A DNA stretch of 64,000 bases, from positions 23,387,237 to 23,451,236 of the forward strand of contig NC_092672.1 of the NCBI RefSeq assembly GCF_964355755.1, given 5' to 3'. Positions 37,763 through 50,398 of this stretch are shown here, one piece after another. The translations under genes were made by a program, and so were the position numbers. The first letter of the stretch is position 1. Each line of letters begins with the position of its first letter. The notes below the pieces were generated by a model. That model searched no databases and was not told the origin of the DNA. It worked only from the letters and a program-made list of their open reading frames with translations. Source of the stretch: Antedon mediterranea. Lineage: Eukaryota; Animalia; Echinodermata.

Positions 37763-40045
37763 GGAAGATTTACTAATTATTAATTTAGCTGACAATACAC
37801 TACTGTAGTATCCATGTTATACTATTGTAGTTATATTATAATAATACCAATTCTCGTAACAAACATATTTTAAATATATCTTGTACATTCTTAAAATGAA
37901 TAGAATAACACAATACTGGTGTGTGTATATAGGTCAGTATAGAAATGATGAATATTATAAGTTATAAACACATGCGTAATAACTTATTTTCTTCTTTTTT
38001 TACAAATTCTCATACTATTCTGATTAAATTTGCAATCAAATTTATTTATTAAGAACATGTATCTTCAAGTTACTTGTTTACACACTGTTATACCATAACA
38101 TTAATATGTGTATTAAATAATATACACATTTATTTTTCATAATTCATTGCCGAATGCTCCTTTAGAAATAAAGTGTGAAATTAATTTTACACCACAGTTT
38201 TTAAATATTTTTGCTATTGATTATTATAATTTAACTACTCTGTAAAATAAAAAATGCTGATAGCATACACCTCAATCATCAAAGTTTGTAAAGTTAAATG
38301 GTATTATAGTCAGTATGTTTTTATAAATTGATAACATTCAATAGAATACTCATAACACTTTTCATAGCATAAACTTCTTTTGAATATTTAACTGTATTTT
38401 AGTATTATTAGGCAGGTTGGAAAATAGGAATAACATTTGTTGATATAAGTTTTTAAAAAAATGAACAATGAATATAAATCACGTCTATCATCAACCTTCA
38501 CCTTGATTCCTTTGCTCTTTGTATTTTGAGGATATTTCTAGATTAAAATGATATATCTATGCTGAAATGAAAGATGGTGAGGATTACTTTTGATAGAAGG
38601 GCTCTAGTCTTACCTAAAATTAGAGCAAATACATAAGCCCATCCCACCATAATAATATTATGATAAAATATATATTACATACAGTATACACACACATATA
38701 TTATACAAAATTTCATATTTTTGGTGGTATATTGTTCTGTATTATTTTGAAGATCCTAAGTTGTTTAAATTTAACCAATGGCAGCATATCATAGTTAAAA
38801 TTATTTGAGTTGCTCCTACAGCCTTGTGTTAAATGTTTGTTGGAACCATTGTTATAATTTGAAGTCTTTTGGTTTAGGAACCAAATTCAAGGCTATTAGT
38901 ATTCAATTATATTAGCTTGCTACTCATATATCTTTGTCATTTTTAGTCGCGTGGAAGCGACTCTATAGTTCACTATGTCGGTCGGTCGGTCGGTCGGTCT
39001 GTCGGTCTGTCGGTCCGGTATCACTATGCGTTTTATCGCTTTCTGACCTTATCTTGATATCAGTTTAATCTAGCTAGGTCAATTTTTCACAGTATATTCC
39101 TTATGGCCAGGAATCGATGTGGTTATGTTTTCACGGTGTGCAATAAAAAATTACGCGGTCTACGCACGATTTAACGAAATCACGTTTGTAATCATATCTT
39201 CACAACCATGAATCACAATTAAATAAAATTTGGTACTCATAAATTTCAGGGCATAAATCATCATATGGCAATACAATTACGTGTGTAGCGCATGTAACGC
39301 ATGCGTACGCGCGCTTAAAATTTTCAAAATTTATTTTCGATGAAATAAGAGTACGTTTCAGGCAATTTTAAGTGTTTACAAAATTGCCATGAGTGCGCAT
39401 ATTTTTGCACGCGCACTACGCGTTAAATGTTATTGCGCACTCTTTTTGCCCGATTTCTGTTTTCTTGACTTACTTTTCAACTCGAAATTACGTTATACGA
39501 GAACGTCAAAAGTGACAGGCTACGCACGTGTAAATTAAAAAAATATAAATGTTTTTTAACATTTCAACATTTTTAAACATGTTTAGTAATTTCGGTCAGT
39601 ATACTGTAGTTCACTATGTCGGTCGGTCGGTCTGTCTGTCGGTCGGTCTGTCTGTCGGTCTGTCTGTCGGTCCGGTATCACTATGCATTGTAGCACGTGA
39701 CTTAATGGCTGTTGGCCTTGTTTGGTTAAATTTAGCTATTTTAGGGCTTTCAACAATCTACAATACAACATTTACATTTTTATGGACTAATTAAAATACA
39801 ATATTATTTGGCTTTTCAAAATCTACAGTATTCTAGCTAATTTTGGGGGTTTTTTTGTGTTAAACAGTTTATGAGAAAAAAATTGCTTTAATCGATTGAA
39901 GCTTATTACACTAACATTATTGTGGTTATATTCAAGAAATTGCAAATGACAAGGCAATTAAATTAGTTTAACAATACATTGATAAAGGTACACACAAGTG
40001 TAGCCAACATTTCTTGTGTACTGTAAGCCACATTTAAATTTCTAC
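37763..40045 (+). repeat. Partial third copy (A') of unit A lacking the exon
   Basis: Matches ~6600-7377 plus ~12530-13375; begins ~150 bp downstream of where the exon donor would lie. Confidence 0.9.
38945..39720 (+). mobile_element. Helentron-associated (HINE/DINE-like) non-autonomous element
   Basis: Inserted in a T-run without TSD; 5' hairpin agtcgcgtggaagcgact, (GTCG/GTCT)n tracts at both ends, 3' 'ggccttg|ttt'; empty site gtcattttttggttaaa at ~12891 and ~43873. Confidence 0.8.
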
Positions 40046-41890
40046 ATAATGCATTGCTCTATAGTTCTAAATTACGACGGTGAACCTCGCTCTTCAATAT
40101 TATTTTGAATTATACTAAATTGTTTAATCTATAAATGAAAGGAAAACCATTTCTTATATAGTAGTTTTCATTCATTCATTTATTTTGAATCCCATGAATT
40201 ATTAACAAATAATTACATACTGTACATCTATTTAATATGTATTTTTGTTTATGTGCATACTGTAGTAGGCTAGATAATAAGCAGCACTTAGCACGATCAA
40301 TTGATTGTCTACAAGATTCCAATTGTACAACTCTGTCAATAACCAATGCTAATTACATATAATTCAAGCATTCAATTTGTTATCAAGCAATAGATAACAA
40401 ATTTGATACATAGCAAAGCAGAATTGTTTCTATGAATTAAAATGTACCACATATTAACTTAATTGTGGAGTAGCTTTGTGTCACATAATACAACTATTCT
40501 ATTGATCAGGTTTTTCAGTCACATACTATCTCTCTGGGTTAGCTACAGAATACTAGGGCCATTTTCTTTACACAGTGACATGTCGTAATAATTGGGCCTA
40601 GGCCTATGTTAAATCTTAGCATGGAAATATAGATTTTGCATATATTTTTTTATGTTTACGTCGGTGTATTTATAATTCGCTAAGCCAAGGTAGGATTAAA
40701 TAATTTAGCGTAAGCCTAGGCCGCCAAAACTAGACTCCACTCTGATGTCGATTCGGCGCACCATGTCGTCTTGTCCGGCTAAATTAGGCTAACCACTAAA
40801 ATGTGTCGTCTCCTACTAGGTCTAGCCTAGGTAGGATTTTTAGGCGGCGCCGATTTTAATTAGTGAACAGTACATTGTTAATTTGCATTGTCCATGCATT
40901 TTCTAAAAAGGCGAAGACAATTTAGTCAGGTTGCTTAGCACTTTTTTTGTACACTTTGTGACAAAAGCACCAAACTTGGCAGAAACCTTCTTTAGGACCT
41001 AACAATTCTAGAAGGGTGCCCAAAAATTCGAACAATTTAATAACGTCATTTTGACCATGCCCTTTTTTAATATATTATGTAGCTATGTAAAAATATTTAA
41101 AAAATATAAATTACATAAATATGTCAAGTTTGGTATCAAATCATAGCTTATGACATGTAAAATACCTCTAACATGAGGAAAATATAGTTTCACAATATGA
41201 CGTCATAAAAGCCACACCCAATATACTGTATACATAACTTCGTGAAAAAATTTAAGAAATAAATAAATATGGCAAGTTTAGTATCAAATTATAGCTTAAT
41301 AGATGTACAATACCACTTACATGAGGAAAATATAATTTCACAATATAATGACGTCATAAAAGCCACACCCATTATATACTACATAACTTTGTCTACCGCT
41401 ATCCAACTTATGTGAGAAATAAATGTGATGTGCACATGGTGATGATGATATTTGGGCATAGAGCACACTTTTTTAGTCAAACTTATGTAGTGATAGTGTA
41501 GACATAGCTTAAGATTGACAGAAAGATAAACCGCAACAGGCCTAGAACATGAATTTTAAACTGCCCGGTGATATACTGAAATAAAATTAATTATAGATGA
41601 TATAGTTAGTATACTGTAATCTGTTTAATATTTCAGAATATAAGTATACCGTGATCATGAGCATAAGAATAAAAAAAAACAATACATTTTACAATGCTTT
41701 GTAGAAATAATAATTTAAAATTGATTGTTGTTTTTAGGAAAATTATTTTAAACATTGAAAAAATATTAATTTATTAATATAAATTAAGGATATTTATAAG
41801 ATTATTAATATTAGTCATTTTTTGTGTGTTAGATATTAAGGAATATGATGTACATTTTTTGTAACTTTGTTTATTTAATATTTTCAATAG

Positions 41891-41989
41891 AATGGCAATA
41901 CAGCCTTAATGTATGCTGCTGATGTAGGTAATACAACCATCTGCCAACTGGTCTTAGATGGTGGAGCTGATGTCAATATGCAGAATAAG
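41891..41989 (+). CDS. Ankyrin-repeat exon A2 (99 nt, phase 0/0): NGNTALMYAADVGNTTICQLVLDGGADVNMQNK
   Basis: ttttcaatag| ... |gtaagt; paralog of the 6355 exon. Confidence 0.92.
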
Positions 41990-43253
41990 GTAAGTCATAC
42001 ACACAGTTTATAACATTAATTTAACCTTCAGTGAAACAAATCAATAAATTTAAACTATTGTTTTTAGAATTTAGATGACTACCAGTATTATAAGACTTTA
42101 GGAAAATCATAGATATTATATAATATCTTATGGGAAGATCAATTTAGTTTGTAGTTATATTATAATAATACCAATTCTCATAACAAACATATTTTAGATA
42201 TATTGTACATTCTTAAAATGAATAGAATAACACAATACTGGTGTGTGTATATAGGTCAATAAAGAAATGATGAATATTATAAGTTATAAACACATGTGAA
42301 ATAACTTATTTTCTCCTTTTTTACAAATTCTCATACTATTCTGATTAAATTTGCAATCAAATTTTTTTATTAAGAACATGTATACTTCAAGTTACTTGTT
42401 TACACACTGTTATACCATAACATTAATATGTGTATTCAATAATATGTTATACAAATTTATTTTCCATAATTCATTGCCGAATGTGCTTTAGAAATAAAGT
42501 GTGAAATGAATTTTACACCAAAGTTTTTAAATATTTTTGCTATTGATTATTAATTTAACTACTGTACTGTAAATAAAAAATGCTGATAGCATACACCTCA
42601 ATCATCAAAGTAAAGTTAAATGGTATTATATTCAGTATGTTTTTATAAATTGATAACATTCAATAGAATACTCATAACACTTTTCATAGCATAAACTTCT
42701 TTTGAACATTAACTTATTTTAGTATGAGGCAAGTTAGATGATTTGTCAAGTTGTATTTTTTTTAAATAGCACTAATAATAGTTGATATGATATGAGTTAA
42801 AAAAAAAAATTAAGTTGTCTATCATCAACCCTCACCTTAATTCCTTTGCTCTTTATATTTTAAGGATATTTCTAGATTAAAATGATATATCTATGCTGAA
42901 AAGTTGTAAGGGTTACTTTTGGTAGAATTAGGGCTGTTCTTACCTAAAATTAGAGCAATTAATACATAAGCCCATAACACCATAATAATATTATGACAAA
43001 ATATATATTACATATACACACACATATATTATACAAAATTTCATATTTTTGGTGGTATATTGTTCTGTATAATTTTGAATATCCTAAGTTGTTTAAATTT
43101 AACCAATGGCAGCATATCATAGTTAAAATTATTTGAGTTGCTCTTACAGCCTTGTGTTAAATGTTAGTTGGAACCATTGTTATAATTTAAAATCTTTTGG
43201 TTTAGGAACCAAATTCAAACCTATTAAATTCCATTGATTTGCTACTCATATAT

Positions 43254-43864
43254 TGTAATATAACGATATACTTTTATATTTAAGAAATTGACCTTTGTAT
43301 CAGAATTTAAATAAGTTCACAAACTTGACCCAGAAAGTCCAGAGGAGAGTTTGTCCAGATGTTTTAATGACCATTTAGTTTATAATAGAATCCCTAAAGA
43401 AAACACTTAGCTTTATTTTGTGACTGTTCCCATCGTAAAACAATTAGATATTGACAGTTTTAAGCAGAGATTCGACAGGGCCAATTCATCATTGTAACCT
43501 CCCCAGATAAGATCAATCACTCCCACTTAAACACCCCTGGATCAACTTAGGACCAATCGTTACCCTCACAGATTACGTAGTGACATATGCAAATGAACCG
43601 AAGCCAATATACTCCCAAGTTTCAGAAGGGCCCAGACACACCTCACAGCCACTTCTTCAGAAGAACATCTACACCTTACAGCCACCTCACGGAGCACACA
43701 CCTTACAGCCACTTCTTCAGAAGCAGCATCACTGATCCTCCGTTCCCTATCTATACTTATAGTTGTATATTGTACTGAAGTATTATACTGAATAAACAAT
43801 ATGTATTACGACAGTTAAGCGAGTAAGAGTCTTCATTAGTACCTCAACACAACATTATATTACA
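43254..43864 (+). mobile_element. Solo LTR (611 bp, probably Gypsy-type)
   Basis: TGTAATATAA...TTATATTACA termini, 4-bp TSD atat, aataaa at 43791; empty site at ~12881. Confidence 0.88.
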
Positions 43865-46800
43865 ATATTTTTGTCATTTTTTGGTTAAATTTAGCTATTT
43901 TAGGGCTTTCAACAATCTACAACATTTACATTTTTATTGGCTAATTAAAATACAATATGTAGCTATTTTTTGGTTTTCAACAATCTACAACATTCTTTTT
44001 TTATGGGCTAATTAAAATAATACAGTATCTAGCTATTATTCGGATTTTCAACATCTACAGTATTCTAGCTAATTTTGGGTTATTTAAAACTGATTGTAAA
44101 TTGCTAAAGGCCACATAACAAACAAAACTTGTTTAGCGTCCCCTGCCCTCCCAGATTTTTGGCTTTCCTCTGGTGTAATTTTTTTTGTGTGTTAAACAGT
44201 TTATGAGAAAAAATTGCTTTAATTGATTGAAGCTTAACACTAACATTATTGTGATTATTTTGCTTTTTATTAAAAGAATGAAATTAACAAACACAAATAA
44301 AAAACAAAACTTGGTCTACTAAAATCCGTAAATAAGTGCATATATATATTAAAAGCTTTGGTTGCAGTGCAAGTTAGTTGACCAATAACCAGCAATTTGT
44401 TTAGTTTGATTAGGTGTACTGTAATAATATCATAGGCTATAAAACATGTACATTTACTATTAAAATTTATATCCTGATGAATTTCAACATTTCTTAAGAG
44501 CTACAGTAAATGGAACTTAGTCTACAACCTAGTTTCCTGATAATAACAATCTGAGATAAATCTTTGTTTTAATACACTTATTGATAGATTTGATAATAAA
44601 ACAAAGGGATTGTCATTGGCAACCCTTATCACCATGGTTAGGAAAAGACTGAATAAGTCAAATTGTTAAAGACTGTTCGTTTCATGTCCAGGATTTGAAT
44701 TATTTAATTTTTATGCGGGGAAATTACTATTAGTCAATCAATGAATTCTACTACAAATAGAAATATGTTGTAAATGCAATACTGTGGGCATGCAATGCAT
44801 GTGGTGGGGCGTTTACTTAAGGAAATAGTCCAAATGATGTTCTATAGGGACGTAATATTCGTGGGGGATTATTCAAAAGAGGGTGTTTAATCAAATTGTC
44901 ATCCATGCACCCTACCAGGTCCCCATCTCTGAAACCTATCAGCACCACAACCACACAGGTTCAGTACATTTTCTAGTAAAAAGACCTCCAACCCAGCAAA
45001 TGGGCATTTGATATGGAACACAATCTAAAATGTTTGTCACCAAAGTTGAGCTTGAGTGACAGTCGATACTGAAACACACATGGAATTTGATTTAGTGATT
45101 TGAATAAAATAAATTTAATTAATTTCAAACAATGACAATTTATTTAATTTATTTAAAAATTGATATTAAAATATAAAGCATTTTGTTCATTTAATCTGAG
45201 GATGGTAATGGGGTAAAAAATAAATAATAATTTAAGTATAAGCTAGTAAAATAGTTTGTTTAGCAGAATTGCTATCGAAGTTTACTCAATATTATAGTTC
45301 TGCTGTTACCACTATTACATTCTTGAATGATTAATTAACACCAAACATGTTGAGTGCTTTCTGCCTTTTTAGCTTACATAAATTTTGCCATTTTGGTGCT
45401 TAATATCAGGTGAATAGTGGTAAAGTTGGCACCACCTGCTGTTGATTGAATGTATCAGTTAAATGTTCTTGATTATATTTTCCAGGGCATAGACCTATAA
45501 TCATTGATACAACTGAAGTATCTTAACCCTTATCTATCTTATCTAGTTTGTTAACTCTTCTCAAAATGAATTCACAAGGTTCTTCTAGATAATGTAGTGT
45601 TTTTTCGTTTGTTTTTTTGATCACTTGCCTAATTTTAGGTCTTGAAATTTAAAAATGAGTATTTGGTTGAAAGAAATGAAAAAATGATGAAAATGAGAGC
45701 CTCTGTAGGCTGTACACTGTTATGTTTTAAACAGTATAGTTGTAAAACTAAATTTTCATGATAAATGGTTTATTACATTTTATAGACTTATTATGGCTAG
45801 TATGGCAGCTATTAATTATATAAACAGTTTAGTTTTCTATTAATACTAAACATGTTGGATAATCATTTGACTAATATCAAAAAAAGTTTATTGTTTAATT
45901 TTATAAATAATCATAGTTATACTAAATAAAATACCAAAAAGTAATGAATTTATTATTTAAAGTATTTATTATTCCAATACACAACTGAAATTAGTTTTGC
46001 TTATTAATACTCTGAATCTTTTTAGTTTCTTTGTAATAATAGTTAATTCTTGTTTATATTGTTTTAAATGTATTTGTACTAAAAAATATTAGTTTAATAT
46101 GTAGTATTTTTAATGATTTAATTAACACAGTAGGCTGTGAATCATTTTAGTTGTATGCCTAATTACTGTAATAATATCATAAATTGTCAATATTATCTTA
46201 TAGTTTTAAACGTATAAACTAAAATATAATAAATTAAGACTCTTTGTACACATTTTGTACATCATTGCTTTTTTTTGTACATCATTGCTTTTTTATACCG
46301 TTGCCACTGCTTTTCGTTCTTTGCAATACCCATGTTTATACTGTTATATACATTAATATCTTTCCTTTTGTAGTAGTGCCATCTATGTTTTGATATTTTC
46401 CAAAAATGTTATAGTGCATGCTATTAGTGTGGACATAACTATCATAAAACCTCTCAATATTTCATTTGTTCAAGTTGAGATGTCATACTTTAATTCATCG
46501 TTCACATCAGCAGTTGATTGAATGTAATGTTTAAATAGTATCTACTCAACAAATATGTTCCATTTGTATAATGTACAGTACAGTAAGCATTAGCAAACCT
46601 TTACATTATTTTTTTCTTTTTGCGCATTTAAATACCCTATAAAGTATGAATACACATGTGGTTGATAACCACAATAAAATAAAATATAGATAAATTGGCC
46701 AGACAAATTGGTACGCATACTGGCCCACATCTTTCTGTTTCACTACATTATACTGGTACTGCCAGTAACTGCTGCTGCTAATAACTTTATCAATTCCAAT

Positions 46801-48853
46801 AATTTAGACAACAATGAACACAAATAAAAAACAACAAAAAAAACAACTTTTTACCATAAAAAAGACTTTCTGAGATAACAGTTTTAATTATTGTTCTTTC
46901 TTCATTAAATGTTATTTTTTAAATTGATATTCTATTTAATAATTTAAGAAACAAAGATTTATTATCAATTATTTTTGTTTAAAAATCAGTAGTAAACATT
47001 TTGTGTAAAATAAATATAGTTTGAATTACTAGACTATAGTACTATGCATATTCTGAGTGGCATTACTCACTAAGGTTGGAGTGACCCACTCATACCCATA
47101 CATTCTAGTGAACAAAAAAATGTATAATTTTTCATGAGCCTTTGTTGTACAGCAGCAGCCGACAAACGTACTCGCTAATCAAAAAATTCATTATCTATAT
47201 ATACCCCATTCGCCAAAAATATTTACCATAGAGGAAGTATTGTTTTGACCATTAATTATTCAATGATAATCTGACGGTAATTATACTTAGCCCCTATGTT
47301 GACAGCCAAAACATTGTTTATTGAACATAGGTCAAACTAATGTCTATATACATCTCATAGACTCTCTGTGCGCATGCCCAGCAGTTTGAGTTAAAAAATT
47401 CCCATTTAGACTCTTTTCCCAGACGTGCTTTGAGGTGTGCTCATGTCCAGTTTGTGTTTCTAAATACCCATTTTTTCAGCCTTAATAAACTATTTTAAGC
47501 CTGCATTGTAAATGTTTCCTAATGCTTCCATTCTCTTGAATGTAACTGCCTACAAAAAAAAAATTGTTGTGTACTTTTTGAAAATTTACTTTTTCAATAA
47601 TTTTTTTTACTGAAGTATAAAACATTTCAATAGAATAAGCAATGATTGGAACATGTGATACAGCACTTTATTTGTTTATTGGTATACTCAGTATGCATGG
47701 TCTACTAGGAAAGTTGTATGTAGCCTCAGTGAATATTATTCACATCCTATACACAATGTATATTATTCCACTGTTTGTCTTCAATTATAGGATTTATAGT
47801 ATAGATAATTTTTAGTTGCATTGAATCTTTTTCAAATGTTGGTATATATACATGTGAATAAATAATGTTTATTTCTTGTTATAATTACTGTATAATGATT
47901 TATTTCAAGTGATTTATTTTTATATCTTTGAACTAAAAAGAATAACAATTTTTATGAATTTGTTTTAATGTAAATTTTATTAATTTTTTGTAAGTCAATT
48001 CAATAAGTATAACACAAATAATAAAGATCTTAAAATCTATTAAACTGTATAAATGTTAAGTTTGCATTTCTTATGTACTGTATTGATTTTCAGATTCAAT
48101 ATTTTTCACATTGATATGATTTGTTAGGTTCTTGGTATTCTGGCATCAGCCAAACCTTTACCCATTTTAATTCTCTGACAGGCTTGAGCTATTTAATTCA
48201 GGGAGGTATAAAAATGGTCATGGTATTTATAAAAACTGTCCATTTGATCTAACAACTTTAAAAAATGAAACAAATATGGTTCAAAAAGATGTCTACAATT
48301 AAATTGTCCATCTTTTTTTTTATCAGATTAAACTCAAGATTAACATTGTTACAATCAATATTTAGACTAATATGCTAAACTTGCAAGAACTTGTACTAGC
48401 TAAACTCCACCACCACACAATAGAGCAATGAACTATTTCTTTGCTCTATCATCACATAAAGGATAATTAACATAATGAAGTTAGTTAAACATGCCCCTGA
48501 AAGTAAAAGTTTGTATGCCAAACCTTCAATAATTTAATATTTAAAAAAAAAATATATATAAATAAAACTAAAAAGTGATTGATATTTAAATATCAGCAAC
48601 AACATTTTGACATTAAAATTGAAATAATACAAATTTGTATAAAAGTATATAAAATAATTATCATATTAAAAAAAAATGTATACAAAAGTAGAAATCAAAT
48701 TCAGAAACTAATTTGACTTGGTTCATTGCGTATGATGATGCAGTAAATAGTTGCAAATTGATTTTTGTAAAGTAACCCTCTGTATAAATTACATAACAAA
48801 TGAATATGTGTACTGTAAGATATAACCAATATTGTATGTATTTCATATTATAG

Positions 48854-48952
48854 AATGGTTGGACAGCTTTGCATAATGCAGCATTCTATGGAGAAACAGA
48901 CTGTTGCAGCCTGCTGGTGAATGCAGGAGCAGGTGTCAATGTATCAGAAGAA
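48854..48952 (+). CDS. Ankyrin-repeat exon B2 (99 nt, phase 0/0): NGWTALHNAAFYGETDCCSLLVNAGAGVNVSEE
   Basis: tttcatattatag| ... |gtaagt; paralog of the 32788 exon. Confidence 0.92.
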
Positions 48953-50398
48953 GTAAGTCATCTTCATTATTATTTATTTTCATTTTTAAATATACTGTAT
49001 AACATTTTATTTTTTAATTATAATGGTCTTTTGGGTAATAATATTTAATGTATAAAACTTCATTGATGCTGAAATTGGCATAATTTGAAGATATTCAATA
49101 TATTTTTTTTTCTCTGATATTTAATCATAAAAATTGCTATGACACTACATTAACATTTTGTCATGTATTTCCATTGAACAATTACAACAATGAAAACGAT
49201 AGTGCCAATTTTACTTAACTAAACTACAGCAACATGCTATATGCACAATTGAAATATATCATCCTTATTCCAAAGTGTTGATATACAGTAATTTAAACAG
49301 TATTATAAACACTACAACTTCACAAAATTTCAATTTTTCTTTAGATCATTATGATTTTGTATATCTTAAAAGTTCATTTTTAACAATATTTTTTAATAAC
49401 TTTTTGAAACACTATGATTCTACCTGTATATCACATAGAGGTACAAATGATCAAAGATGCTAGTTGATAGACATATAGACTGTATTCATTTACTTTATAA
49501 TTATCATCATACTCATTTGCCATACTCTCCTTTATTCCTTTCAACAACATCACCACCAACTCTAACCACCTACTGGTTTTAGTCCGTCACCATGGATGAT
49601 GATGCAGAATTTGGTTGAGCGCTAAAGTGATCTTTTATTACACACCCACATTATAGTTCTTTTTTATTAGGTTGTAATTAATTATTTTTTTCCATACAAT
49701 ATAAGATACAGATAGTATATCTGCCACTTATCTGTTATCTATCTTTATTTATTTATTCTTTCTTTATACTCAGAATCACTTTTTTAAAGTGACACATCTA
49801 AAAACAACAATAAAACAAATAAATAAAATAAACAAATCATCATTAGCATAACTAGGTGCAATATTTTTAGTCTATTGAAAAAAATGTTTCTTTCTTAAAC
49901 ATTTATTTAAATATACATACACATCACATAGTAAATTATAGTTAACAAAAAATAGTGACATTGTTTAACACTAATAACTAAGAAACACAAGAAACCTGAA
50001 CTAGACTTAAATGTTCATACAAACATGTAACAAGTTCAGAGTGTATCCAACATTTAACATTATGAAATATTTTAGACCACTGACAATGATGACCACCAGT
50101 GCTTTCCAAAGTCTGCAGTTTCTGTAATTATTCATTCATATTTATCTCCATCATCCAACATTATCAAACAAAACTCTTTTGAGGATAAGCATAGCTATAT
50201 GTAAGGTTCAACTTTAATAATTTTAAAAAGTTTTACACACAACACAAATAAGTAAAGCTTTCCCAGTTTATTCAAAGTATACATTAACAATACATAATAT
50301 TTATTTCTACTGATACTGTACAAGCAATGCTAAATACTACTAAACCTTAATAATAAACTACATTTGGCCTCTTGGGGGCTACCACTCATATGACATTG

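Larger units (their letters stand above)
40537..44250 (+). repeat. Segmental duplication unit A2
   Basis: Colinear with 4649-7377 plus 12530-13260; fused directly to B2 at 44251. Confidence 0.92.
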
